From the IMG/VR virus record IMGVR_UViG_3300035214_000047: a stretch of DNA of 64,000 nt, one strand, 5' to 3'. This document shows positions 40,001-48,618 of the stretch, piece by piece. Position 1 is the stretch's first letter. Every line of letters begins with the position of its first letter. A program made the position numbers and the translations under genes. The notes below the pieces were generated by a model. The model had not been told where the DNA came from. It did not search any database and saw only the letters and a program-made list of their open reading frames with translations. The stretch comes from an uncultured virus (IMG/VR IMGVR_UViG_3300035214_000047). Lineage: Duplodnaviria; Heunggongvirae; Uroviricota; Caudoviricetes.

Positions 40001-40785
40001 CCTTCATTTAATAAATCCCAATTTGCAGTTGTTGTTGGAACTATTCCTTGTGCGTCTGTTGTTGCAACATATGTATGACCACCGTATCTAACAACATCAC
40101 CAGTTTTATATGCAGTTGCACCAGCGTATGTGCCTTGCATTTTCCAACCAGTAGTTAATACTACCCAATTGGAAGCGTTGTTGTATGGTATTTCATTTGA
40201 ATTTTGTTGTTCAGCAACATAATTATAACCACCGTAAGTTACAATGTCACCAGCTTGATAAGCTGTTCCTGAATTCCAAGAATCTTCAAATTCTAATCCA
40301 GAAACGAATACGGCGAATTTTGCTGTATCTATTGTAGAAGCGGCAGTATGTTCTACGGTACAGATATAAACATTAGCACCATATTTTGCTAAATCATTAA
40401 CTTTGTAAGCAGTACCATTTGTGTAGGTACCTTTCCACGCAAACCCTGGAACAAAAGATGTCCATTTTGCTGTGTCGTCATATAAATCTGCTTGTGAAGT
40501 GTGAGCAGTATTGCAGGCGAAGGTAGAACCTCCCCATTGTACTACATCATCTACTTTATAGAAAGTAGTAGCTGTCCAAACACCTTTCCATTCAGTACCA
40601 GCTGCGAATTTTTTCCATTTTGTTGCTACAAGTTCTGTTTCAAAAAGTGCAGAAGAAGTATGGTTTACTATTGCGACAAAAGTATTACCACCATATCTAA
40701 CTACATCATCTTTAATATAAGCTGTTGCGGTAACCCAATCACCTTTAAAGTGAAATTTAAGTCTACCTAAAATAAAATCTGCCAT
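37048..40785 (-). CDS. Tail fibre/spike protein with N-terminal Trp/Tyr repeats and a probable beta-helix
   Basis: About 6 repeats W.G.W...T.Y..DDVV.YGG..Y; YFVGKHGAD..PWLTIQYA..KTGEYEE beta-helix start; G.GY repeats. Confidence 0.75.
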   Translation of the reverse strand: MADFILGRLKFHFKGDWVTATAYIKDDVVRYGGNTFVAIVNHTSSALFETELVATKWKKFAAGTEWKGVWTATTFYKVDDVVQWGGSTFACNTAHTSQADLYDDTAKWTSFVPGFAWKGTYTNGTAYKVNDLAKYGANVYICTVEHTAASTIDTAKFAVFVSGLEFEDSWNSGTAYQAGDIVTYGGYNYVAEQQNSNEIPYNNASNWVVLTTGWKMQGTYAGATAYKTGDVVRYGGHTYVATTDAQGIVPTTTANWDLLNEGFNWRDDWTDATDYAPGDGVNYGSSSYRCKLAHTSSAVAGDAKRPDYDSGGVYWDLLAEGDTNATLTTRGDILTRDATQRARLAVGTTGSLLKSDGTDVAWAVPGVTTAVYFVGKHGADNDPASDSGRGTSLEKPWLTIQYALTWMAVTGNIAAATNKILYVKTGEYEEALPLIVPANTALIGDALRSTKIAPASGNSTASGLTSTPNARADMLRVRNGTTVRNFTFSGMLGTNGSDDSFGVARPNTADGASRSGVCIALDPGSGVSDTSVHITDKEPSIENCTHIGTGSVGIKVDGSLHNAGFISIFANDFTQVSSDGVGVWTLSNAVAELDSVFTYYCHHGYLADSGSLIRGLNSNNSYGEYGSTAAGIDAAETAYTGAVDLQNNEAIVGRTLIADGKIGRLEMEYAGEGYSSSTITIGGSGTSAAVTGDLSDGAIEHITVNTTGATQFSSSSALDFRYAQGGTTSTIILNASDTQADDFYNGMRINIYQGTGYGSTGTISDYVSSTKTATVQKNNSSAGFDVWVNSGLSAATTFDSSTGYEIEPKVAISGGGSPSREALVRAVIVDGLLSKVLILDGGAGYSSAPTVTLTDPSAGTLGTATATIGDGVISRTTVGTAGTGYKQEDTTATVAGDGYAEISSEGTAFVRVDGLSKEPAGGDVIEFAGISGQAYYVVGVTGYSAGAGTVRVSPKFTTSNKPTNNETATLRSNYSNIRLTGHDFQDVGTGDSTTTNYPGTPSQSADSNDEIIEVDRGRVFYSATDQTGNYKVSNLLNVDQSTGKATLTAEDLALSGLQTLSLGSTAQGNFGATINEFSTDGTLSGNSDTALVTEKGIKTYVAERLGGGQNDLSVNSITAGSVYTSGGTITTTGLSGTDVNLTIGTQNSGIITLAAQSQTSITPTTANDLVNKSYVDAQGTPTLQTLSIDDMDLALKRRVITNANELVQKESVFFDGTDATEGFEFINGTMHINIDNAGDLVIETI

Positions 40786-40809
40786 TTTTAAATCTCTCTA
40801 ATTTTTGTT

Positions 40810-41304
40810 TTAGAAATACCTTTCCTGATTTGCTTGTGTGTAATAATTTCCACCAGGTGGTATCCAATTACTATTTGTTGTTGCACTTTCTTGGTCACCA
40901 GTTGCATATAAAAAATCGTGTTGGTATCTAGCAACTAACATACCATCATCATTAAGAAAATAAAAAAGTTTCAATCCGTCAAATCTAACTTGTTGATACT
41001 TTCTATATTTAGCATTCGTTTCAAAATGGTCATCCGAACCTTCATCATAAGTATTCTGTAAAGTATTCTGAACAACTCCTGCACTCGTTTTCCCAATTGC
41101 AAGACCTTCAAAACCATTATAACCAAATCCTTGTCCGTCATTAACTTCAATCAAATCTGTACTATCTAATTTTGTCAAAGAGTAAATTAATAGTCCATTC
41201 TCATCACGGTTCATGGCGTGCATGGCATACTCATTAGAAATCTGAAATCCAGCAGCGTCTGTTGCAACTGCCTGACTTGCTCCTGTTGGTAATGCTAATC
41301 CCAT
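40810..41304 (-). CDS. Hypothetical protein, likely virion-associated
   Basis: 164-aa ORF with a GAGG RBS and late promoters. Confidence 0.7.
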   Translation of the reverse strand: MGLALPTGASQAVATDAAGFQISNEYAMHAMNRDENGLLIYSLTKLDSTDLIEVNDGQGFGYNGFEGLAIGKTSAGVVQNTLQNTYDEGSDDHFETNAKYRKYQQVRFDGLKLFYFLNDDGMLVARYQHDFLYATGDQESATTNSNWIPPGGNYYTQANQERYF

Positions 41305-41325
41305 AAATTTAATTCCTCTTCCTTA

Positions 41326-41342
41326 TATTTATACTATTTATA
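41326..41342 (-). promoter_or_regulatory. Two tandem T4-type late promoters
   Basis: TATAAATA at 41335-41342 and 41326-41333. Confidence 0.7.
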
Positions 41343-41356
41343 ATCTATCTTATGAC

Positions 41357-41686
41357 CTATGTGTTCTCTAATATGGATAAAAATGTATCCGTGAGAGTTA
41401 CATTACTCACTACTCTTAACTTATCACTTGCCTCTAAATTTATTGGTTTATCCAATATAAATGTGTTATTTTGTGGAATAACGCATCCTTTTATTATACT
41501 CCTAAAAGTTGTTCCACCATCAATCGTTGCTGAAACATCTACTACTGCTTGAGTAGCAGGATTTGTATTAGAAATATAAACAGCGTGTAATACAGCAGTC
41601 GCATTAGCAGGACAAGTGTATACATCTGCTGTAGCGTCATTAACTATCACATTTTCCTGTCCAGTATTTTTAAAAGCACTAGCCAT
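41357..41686 (-). CDS. Small beta-sandwich virion protein
   Basis: VYTCPA..AVL..YISN..KPINLEASDKLRV pattern typical of marine phage tail-associated proteins. Confidence 0.7.
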   Translation of the reverse strand: MASAFKNTGQENVIVNDATADVYTCPANATAVLHAVYISNTNPATQAVVDVSATIDGGTTFRSIIKGCVIPQNNTFILDKPINLEASDKLRVVSNVTLTDTFLSILENT

Positions 41687-41692
41687 ATCTTA

Positions 41693-42076
41693 TTATCCTC
41701 CAAATACAACAGCAAAAGCAAGAATATCTCCTGCTAAAGCTAATGTTCCACTTGAATCTGGTAACTTAACGGTTCTATCTCCTGTTGGATCCTCAACCGA
41801 TAAAGTTGTTTCATACGAATCAGCTGTAGCACCTTCAAATACTATATTTGCATTATTAAAAACTAAATCATTTGTTGAAATAGCTCCTGCACTTAATACG
41901 GTGTCTATATCAATTGCTGTAGCACCACCCATTTCTTTAACGGTACTTGAATTGAGTTTAGAATAAAACTTACCATCAGTAAGATTCATTGCTAATTCAC
42001 CAATTTCTAAATCACCTGTCCCAGGAATAGATGAAGCGGTAAAACTTCGTTTTGGTTTTATTACTTGATAAGCCAT
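41693..42076 (-). CDS. Short fibre-associated protein
   Basis: N-terminal fibre motif IKPKRS...P...LEIGELAMN..DGKFY; FEGATADSYETTL repeat. Confidence 0.7.
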   Translation of the reverse strand: MAYQVIKPKRSFTASSIPGTGDLEIGELAMNLTDGKFYSKLNSSTVKEMGGATAIDIDTVLSAGAISTNDLVFNNANIVFEGATADSYETTLSVEDPTGDRTVKLPDSSGTLALAGDILAFAVVFGG

Positions 42077-43818
42077 TAGTATGGTCCACCATCAATTGTA
42101 TGTGCCGCAACAGCACCACTTGTTACCGTGAAAGTGTCAGTATCAAAAGAAGCGATTCCTTTATTTGTTATCGTAGCGTCTTCTCCAGTAATTGTTATTG
42201 TTGAACCAGAAGCAGAAGTATCAATTCCTTCTCCACCAGTTAATGTTAAAGTTCCTTCTATAGCTGTACTAGGACTACCTGTATCACTATCACTTGCTAA
42301 TGTAATGTTAGGATTATCAAGTTTAGCAGCAGTAATACTTCCTGCTAACATAGCGTTTGTAATTCCTAAAGCTTTAATTTGTATTTTGTCTGATATAACT
42401 TGAATTGAAGAATCATCTACATTTACATCTAAAGTATTTCCTGCTTTTACAAGAGCTAAACCAGCAACTATTTGTCCAGCACCAGAAAATTGAGATACTC
42501 CTAATTCTGTATTGTTTGATAAAGTACCATCAGACATTGTAGGTGAACCAGAGTGAGTAAATGTATAACCATTATCACTATTAACCGTTCCTTCTTCAAC
42601 AAAAGTAAATGAACCACCTGTTAATTTAGCTCCACTATTTGCGTCTGTAGCTCTTACCAATCTCCAGTTAGTAGAACCATCACCTATGATTGATACATAA
42701 TAAATTCCATTTTGTCTTTTTTCTGTTTGGTCTTTAACTAAAACTCTATCGTTTAATGCTAATGCAACACCATCCAATGTTATAGCCGCTTGAGTATCAG
42801 CATTATCTAATCTAGCATTTATTTGGTCATAAGTAACCGTTAAATTAGCTGTTGTAGTAATTCTACAACTTTCTTTAACATCTAATCCTGAAGTAAATCC
42901 ATCAACATACTCTTTAGTTGCTAATGCGTCAGAACCAAAACCTGCTCTATCTTTATATCCACTAGGTACGGTAACAACACCAGTTCCGTGTGGAGTTAAA
43001 GTAATGTCTTTATTACCAGCAGTTGTTGAAATATCAACTCCATTTAAAGTCAAGTCATCAACAACAGCACTTGTTAATCCTGCAATATCAGTAACCGTTT
43101 GACCAAGAGTTAAAGCAGTAGAACCTAATGTTGTGTCAGTATTTGCTAATTTAACATTAGTTACACCACCGTCTGTAAGTTGAGTTGTTCCAATTGAAGC
43201 GTCTTGTACTTTTATTGTAACCGTGTTTGCAGTAACCGCTGTATCAATTGTTCCATCACCAGTTAATAATAAAGTAGCATTTGTTTGATAGTTAATTGTA
43301 GCAGCAGCACTATCTTGGATAGTTAATGTAGTATCTACATCATCAAATCCTAATTGAGCTTCTGAACCACTTGCTGTGGTTACTTTTAAAAATTGTCCAG
43401 CACTTCCAGCACCATCAGGTAATAAAAGTGTAGATGAATTTGTTAATGATAACGGAGCTTTTAAAACAACATTATTTGAACCGTTGTTTAATGCTTCGTT
43501 AAATGTCAATTGACCTGAATCGGCAAGTGCGTTACCAACTACCAATTGGTCAATTCTATTGTTTGAATCTGTTGTTATTAATTTTTCAGCAGTAACGGTA
43601 CCGTTTGTAGTTGGAAATAAAGTTGTAAAATACTTACCACCAATTACATCAATATCATTTGCGTTACCACTTCCGTCAACCCCACCTGTACCAGCAAATA
43701 ATCTATCTCCATGATTTCCTGCAGTTCCTGTTCCATATGATAAAGCTAATTCTCCAAGTTTTAATATACTAGGTTTGTCTGTTGTTGAACTTCTTTTTAT
43801 CTTTATTATTGTTGACAT
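42076..43818 (-). CDS. Tail fibre protein
   Basis: N-terminal IKIKRSS..P..LKLGELA; ATKEYVD..GLDVKES..RVLVKDQT..NGIY module. Confidence 0.8.
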   Translation of the reverse strand: MSTIIKIKRSSTTDKPSILKLGELALSYGTGTAGNHGDRLFAGTGGVDGSGNANDIDVIGGKYFTTLFPTTNGTVTAEKLITTDSNNRIDQLVVGNALADSGQLTFNEALNNGSNNVVLKAPLSLTNSSTLLLPDGAGSAGQFLKVTTASGSEAQLGFDDVDTTLTIQDSAAATINYQTNATLLLTGDGTIDTAVTANTVTIKVQDASIGTTQLTDGGVTNVKLANTDTTLGSTALTLGQTVTDIAGLTSAVVDDLTLNGVDISTTAGNKDITLTPHGTGVVTVPSGYKDRAGFGSDALATKEYVDGFTSGLDVKESCRITTTANLTVTYDQINARLDNADTQAAITLDGVALALNDRVLVKDQTEKRQNGIYYVSIIGDGSTNWRLVRATDANSGAKLTGGSFTFVEEGTVNSDNGYTFTHSGSPTMSDGTLSNNTELGVSQFSGAGQIVAGLALVKAGNTLDVNVDDSSIQVISDKIQIKALGITNAMLAGSITAAKLDNPNITLASDSDTGSPSTAIEGTLTLTGGEGIDTSASGSTITITGEDATITNKGIASFDTDTFTVTSGAVAAHTIDGGPY

Positions 43819-43834
43819 AGATTATTCTCTCTCT

Positions 43835-44092
43835 TTAATATGAACCACCGTTTAGTGTTATTGAACCTGTTGTAGTTGTGATTTCGTCTCTTACAACAAA
43901 TTTATCACTTGTTGAAGAATATTGAATCATTGAACCATCTAATAAAGAAGTTGAGTCAACATCTGCTAAAAGTCTTAGCTTCAAAGTTGAATTAGTAACA
44001 GCAGTTTGAGCAGCTGCTCCTGCAGGCATAGTAACTGATACTTGCTGAGGTCTACTAATCGTTGAGTCTATTCTAGCTTTTATTTGAGACAC
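43835..44092 (-). CDS. Small fibre-associated protein
   Basis: LADVD..DGSMIQY..KF motif; ends LNGGSY, similar to IDGGPY of the neighbour. Confidence 0.65.
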   Translation of the reverse strand: MSQIKARIDSTISRPQQVSVTMPAGAAAQTAVTNSTLKLRLLADVDSTSLLDGSMIQYSSTSDKFVVRDEITTTTGSITLNGGSY

Positions 44093-44114
44093 TTGTTTTC
44101 TCCCTTATTGTTAA

Positions 44115-44122
44115 TATTTATA
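44115..44122 (-). promoter_or_regulatory. T4-type late promoter
   Basis: TATAAATA upstream of 44092. Confidence 0.7.
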
Positions 44123-44159
44123 CCAATTAGGAACTGAAAACTAATTACTATTAAAGAAT

Positions 44160-44501
44160 TTAAACGGTAACATTAGGGCGAACGGTTATAATCCCTTCTA
44201 TAACCCTGGTAACTACGCTATCTGCTGTCCTAGTAACTTCTACATCATAGACATATCTAGTTGGTGCGTCTAAAGCCGCTGTCTGTGCTGAAGTTAATGA
44301 TAATGTGATAATTCCTGTTAGTGGATTCGCTACAGCAGTCGTCATAGCAATTCTTGTTTTTGTACTTTCATACCCTTTAGCACATTTAGCTTCTATGGTA
44401 TATCCAGTCAAATCCCAAGCCTTTCCATCATCTCCTGCTAAACTAATATTGCTTGAAAATGTAGTGCCTTGGTCTATTCGTAAGTTAGCAATCGCCGCCA
44501 T
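44160..44501 (-). CDS. Conserved phage virion adaptor-like protein
   Basis: NLRIDQGTTF..DLTGY..LSLTSAQT..RYVYDVE..RVIEG pattern. Confidence 0.75.
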   Translation of the reverse strand: MAAIANLRIDQGTTFSSNISLAGDDGKAWDLTGYTIEAKCAKGYESTKTRIAMTTAVANPLTGIITLSLTSAQTAALDAPTRYVYDVEVTRTADSVVTRVIEGIITVRPNVTV

Positions 44502-44510
44502 TTAATATCT

Positions 44511-44771
44511 CTACTTTACTTTATTTTCTGTTTTTGGTTCTAATATTGGTGTTTTTGTTTCTACGGTATTATCTTTAGGAGCATTGGGGTCAATTCCTAA
44601 GAATTCACAAATTTTAGTATTATAAAATCTTATCAATACCTCAATTTTTTCCGCTTCAATCTCCAACCTAGCACGATTTTGAACAAGTTCCTGACGAGCA
44701 ATGACATAATTTTTAGTCTTGTCGTCAAACTTCGTTTCATCATAGTCTTTTCCATTAATCTTAATAGCCAT
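44511..44771 (-). CDS. Small coiled-coil hypothetical protein
   Basis: 86 aa; IKINGKDY followed by a heptad helix; GGAG RBS; TATAAATA at 44794-44801. Confidence 0.7.
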   Translation of the reverse strand: MAIKINGKDYDETKFDDKTKNYVIARQELVQNRARLEIEAEKIEVLIRFYNTKICEFLGIDPNAPKDNTVETKTPILEPKTENKVK

Positions 44772-44773
44772 AA

Positions 44774-45211
44774 TTATTTCTCCTTATATTTACTATTTAT
44801 ACTAATTCCAGTATCGTATCTTATTTCTTTTTCATACCAATCCCTAATATCAGGTATCATTCCTAAAGTTTCATCCTCTGGGAAAGCAGATATTATTGGA
44901 TTGTAAATATGTTTCTTGTCTTTATATATTTCAAAGTATGGGTCATTACTATACAATAACGCTTGGTCATTTAATAAGTCCCAAAAGTTATCTCCATAAT
45001 CTCTCTCTATCCACTTCGCATAACATATCGCTACACAATAACTCTTTGCAGGATATATAAACTTATCTACTCTTTCGTTCCAATGTTTAATAGCGTAATC
45101 TATTATATCTTGGTCACCCCATATTAAGGATATCTCTTTATCCATTAACATATCCGAGTGAGTAGGATTTAGTCTATGGTAAATTTCTTGTTTGAGCTTC
45201 CATTCTTTCAT
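44774..45211 (-). CDS. Hypothetical protein, last gene of the radical SAM cluster
   Basis: 145-aa aromatic-rich ORF overlapping the upstream gene. Confidence 0.7.
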   Translation of the reverse strand: MKEWKLKQEIYHRLNPTHSDMLMDKEISLIWGDQDIIDYAIKHWNERVDKFIYPAKSYCVAICYAKWIERDYGDNFWDLLNDQALLYSNDPYFEIYKDKKHIYNPIISAFPEDETLGMIPDIRDWYEKEIRYDTGISINSKYKEK

Positions 45212-45968
45212 AACTTATATACTCCAAATTTTTACAATCGCTCCATTCAGGAATGTTTATATTTAAATAACTTTTTTTGTTAACTTTATAAAATTTAATC
45301 CAATGATACCACTTAAACAATTGTTTCCATTCTAGTATCCAACCTTGTACATAATAATTACTAGGGTGCGTATCTTTTTTATAAAATTTCTGTCCTGCAT
45401 ATATATTATTAAATCCTTTACCCACACTATATAAATCGTGTCCAACTAGATAGACTTCTTTTAATTCTCTAATATCTTTACAAGCAATATAACCACTTAA
45501 AGGACCTGATGACCAATCCATTTGTTCGGCGTCTCTTACTATGTCTGCTATATTAATAACATAATCTTTTGTAGACCAACTTACACATACCATATTCTTT
45601 TTAGTTTCTTCATCATTATATCCGTGTAATACAAACTCACTTGAACCTGCTCTACCATTTTCTATTAACTGACCTGATTTTCTTATTGCTCTTAAATGTC
45701 TATACCCAGGAAATAACTTGTGTAGTGTAGTTTCAAATTTAGCTTCAGGTATCGTTATCCAATTTTTAAAAAAACATTTAGCTGTATAACAATATCCAGA
45801 ATTATAAATGTGGTGCATAATTGGAGCGTCTTTTGCAACCAATATATCTGGTACAAAATCTTTATAAAGATTATTACAACCTAATATTACACCACGAGGT
45901 TTTAAAGTTTTTAAATCAAAACCTTTTCTACTTCTTCCATTACCAATACAAAATGCTCTATTTGCCAT
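45174..45968 (-). CDS. Maf/DUF115 or sialyltransferase-like protein (putative glycosyltransferase)
   Basis: AFCIGNGRS..GCNNLY..PDILVAKD and VYLVGHD motifs; start reassigned to the ATG at 45968. Confidence 0.55.
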   Translation of the reverse strand: MANRAFCIGNGRSRKGFDLKTLKPRGVILGCNNLYKDFVPDILVAKDAPIMHHIYNSGYCYTAKCFFKNWITIPEAKFETTLHKLFPGYRHLRAIRKSGQLIENGRAGSSEFVLHGYNDEETKKNMVCVSWSTKDYVINIADIVRDAEQMDWSSGPLSGYIACKDIRELKEVYLVGHDLYSVGKGFNNIYAGQKFYKKDTHPSNYYVQGWILEWKQLFKWYHWIKFYKVNKKSYLNINIPEWSDCKNLEYISYERMEAQTRNLP

Positions 45969-46929
45969 ATTTAAACTGATAAGTATCCAAAACATACTTG
46001 TATCCATTACAACCATCTTTTAAATTATCAACATACTTGTAATGTTCAGTTAAACAACCGCCTAGGTATTCACATTTTTTACAAATATCTGATATGGTCT
46101 TTTCTTTTTCTTTTATACACCAATCTTCGTATTCTTTAAAACTATTTAATTCTAAAAAGTATTCTCTATCGTCTTTATCAAATTCCAATACAGCGAATTT
46201 ACCATTTGGTGTAATATATAAGTGGTCATCACTATAAGCGTTATATTTTCCACTTAACGAGTCTATTATTTTATCTCTATTTACAAAATTATAATCACCA
46301 TCTTTTGATCCCTTTTCCAGCATTAATAAATCTAAAACTTTGTTTTCAAATTCTGTATGTGTTATCTTTTGGTCATTTGCTTGATTAGAACTATAAGGTT
46401 TTAATTCTACACTTTTAAGATGAGATTCTTTATGTTGGTCTATACTCAACTTGTTAATATTATTAAATGTTTGCCACCAATGTTCGCTAGAGCGGCTCAA
46501 CACTTCTCTTGTTGCTAAGCATAATATAGAAAAATCAACTGGAAGTTTCGCCATATTATCTTTAACTTTTTCATAGTCTTGTCTAGTCTCTAAATCATAA
46601 CTAACACTTAAATAATAATCGGGATTAAAAAATTCTTCTCTTAATACAGATAAATTTGTATTGATATTAATTCTATCTTTATAATAAAGTCTAATAACTT
46701 CTGTGATGTTCTTTAATTGTTCTTTCTTTAATATACCAATCTCACCACCATATAAATCAATATGATTAATTTCTCTATGAGCAGAAACTTCTGCTAGTAA
46801 TTCATTTAATCTTTCATCACTTATAGTTTTAGTATCGCCTAATTGTTCAGGTGTAAGATAACACCAAGAACATCTAAAATTACAATGATAAGATGGATTA
46901 ACTGATAAATTAATTTTCTGCTTCGTCAT
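45958..46929 (-). CDS. Radical SAM enzyme 4 with a Cys-rich C-terminus
   Basis: CNFRCSWC, YGGE, C-terminal CKKCEYLGGC..C. Confidence 0.9.
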   Translation of the reverse strand: MTKQKINLSVNPSYHCNFRCSWCYLTPEQLGDTKTISDERLNELLAEVSAHREINHIDLYGGEIGILKKEQLKNITEVIRLYYKDRININTNLSVLREEFFNPDYYLSVSYDLETRQDYEKVKDNMAKLPVDFSILCLATREVLSRSSEHWWQTFNNINKLSIDQHKESHLKSVELKPYSSNQANDQKITHTEFENKVLDLLMLEKGSKDGDYNFVNRDKIIDSLSGKYNAYSDDHLYITPNGKFAVLEFDKDDREYFLELNSFKEYEDWCIKEKEKTISDICKKCEYLGGCLTEHYKYVDNLKDGCNGYKYVLDTYQFKYGK

Positions 46930-47014
46930 AATCTAATTCCTCAAAGAATGGTATAATATCGTATACTTCTTTTTCCATTTGTTGTATAAATTTAAAAAAC
47001 TCTAATTCGCTCAT
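46910..47014 (-). CDS. 34-aa acidic peptide (not in the ORF track)
   Basis: MSELEFFKFIQQMEKEVYDIIPFFEELDYDEAEN*; ATGA overlap with the upstream stop; ends inside the next gene. Confidence 0.6.
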   Translation of the reverse strand: MSELEFFKFIQQMEKEVYDIIPFFEELDYDEAEN

Positions 47015-47532
47015 ATGTTATAATCAAAATAACCAGTAAGTCTTTCAACCCCAGCTTCTTTAAACTCTCCAATTTTATGTTCCCAAGTACTTTTGTGATT
47101 TAATAATATAACATCACACTTACCAGGATATAAAAAAGCAGATAATTGTTTTGTCTCAGCAGTTCTTACTTCTAAATGTCCTCCAGTATCAGGATTACTA
47201 GCTCCAGTAAAATACATAAGAGCTGCTACATTTGCTCCTTCTTTCAAATCATTATGCCAATTTAACGAACCTTTGTCTACTCCATTAATAATTTCTGGTT
47301 GTCCATATAAGTTAAACTTACCAGACAATTGACTAATATATTTATCACCTAAATAAGTATGGCACATTTTGAGAGCTTTCTCAACATCTGGTGTATGTAC
47401 TGCCACTTTATATCCATCTTGTGCTTTAAATGGTATTTCAATACCATCAAAAAATCTAAATGGTACTGGATCCAAAGTAGGCCAAACTCCATTAATTAAA
47501 ACATTTTCTATATTGGAATGACTTCTTCTCAT
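47011..47532 (-). CDS. 2OG-Fe(II) oxygenase
   Basis: WHND..LMYF..GGHLEV..WEHK..ER (HxD...H...R). Confidence 0.8.
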   Translation of the reverse strand: MRRSHSNIENVLINGVWPTLDPVPFRFFDGIEIPFKAQDGYKVAVHTPDVEKALKMCHTYLGDKYISQLSGKFNLYGQPEIINGVDKGSLNWHNDLKEGANVAALMYFTGASNPDTGGHLEVRTAETKQLSAFLYPGKCDVILLNHKSTWEHKIGEFKEAGVERLTGYFDYNI

Positions 47533-48618
47533 TTATGCTTCACTTATATATGGTGTCATTTGTAAATTACTTCCATTTGCTTTTAATATTGCAGGTCCTA
47601 ATCTTTTCATTTTCTCACAATGTTTCTCTATTACTCCTGCTCGTTGATAATCTTTTATTGTCTTTCTACAACCATTACATATATTAAACATTGGACAACT
47701 AAAACAAGATTTTTTCATACTTATTAATGAAACATCATCTTGTAATGGTGTAAAAAACTCACCTTTCATTTCTTTTTTAAAATCTATCTCTTTATCTTTA
47801 TCATCACCGAAAGCACCACAACTATAATAATCTCCATCTGGTTGTAAACATCTTATACCTTCATCACACTTTCTACTTAAAGGACAAGTAGTAGAACAAT
47901 CTTTAATACTCAACATCATTTGTTTTGTATTAAACTCCCAAGGTGCTAAACCTTCTAAATAAATTTTAGTGTATATATTATATATATCTGATAATAAAAA
48001 TGGTTCTTTTTGTTCACCACTCATCATTGCATAATTTAACTTACACTCAACACCTGTCTTCTCTTCTCTCCAAAAAGTATGTAAAGTTCCTTCAGGTTTT
48101 TTATCTTCTGACATATACTTTGCAAGTTTAACATTTTTAATTGCGTTGTGTTCGTTCTCTTTAGTAATAACTGAAATAAAATCTGGTCTATAACCAACAT
48201 ACTTTTTCATTGCGTCTGAACATAACCAAAAGTCTTCTTCTGTAAATTCAGAATAATCACCTTTTAATCTTCCCCCACCATATTGAAAAGAAGTAGTTAC
48301 TCCTATTCTATCGTTATTAAATAAGTCAACCCATAAACTAGGTTTCTTATAAAACGGCCATAAGTTTGTTGTTAGTGCAAGTGAAGTAGTATATTCTCTT
48401 TCATCTAACCATCTAATAATCTTCCAATAGTATTCAGGTTCCATCATCAAAGGATCCCCACCATTTACTATGATAGTTTTAGTTTGTGGAAATCTTGTTA
48501 GAAATTCAAATATTTGTTCGTGTTTTAACCAATTCTTTTTCTCATTAGTCAATTGTGTACTTGAGCAAAAAGTACATTTGAAATTACACAATTCAGTTGG
48601 TTTAATTATTAAGTCCAT
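47533..48618 (-). CDS. Radical SAM/SPASM enzyme 3
   Basis: CNFKCTFC, NGGDP, SPASM-like C..DGDYYSC..CFSCPMFNICNGC. Confidence 0.92.
   Translation of the reverse strand: MDLIIKPTELCNFKCTFCSSTQLTNEKKNWLKHEQIFEFLTRFPQTKTIIVNGGDPLMMEPEYYWKIIRWLDEREYTTSLALTTNLWPFYKKPSLWVDLFNNDRIGVTTSFQYGGGRLKGDYSEFTEEDFWLCSDAMKKYVGYRPDFISVITKENEHNAIKNVKLAKYMSEDKKPEGTLHTFWREEKTGVECKLNYAMMSGEQKEPFLLSDIYNIYTKIYLEGLAPWEFNTKQMMLSIKDCSTTCPLSRKCDEGIRCLQPDGDYYSCGAFGDDKDKEIDFKKEMKGEFFTPLQDDVSLISMKKSCFSCPMFNICNGCRKTIKDYQRAGVIEKHCEKMKRLGPAILKANGSNLQMTPYISEA

Noticed and set aside
27015..43818. Diversity-generating retroelement or invertible cassette acting on the fibre genes
   Set aside because: No reverse transcriptase or recombinase gene, and no near-identical DNA repeat pair noticed by eye; a self dot-plot would be decisive
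45969..46016. Track N-terminal extension of the Maf-like ORF
   Set aside because: It overlaps radical SAM 4 by 59 nt; the ATG at 45968 directly precedes the conserved motif
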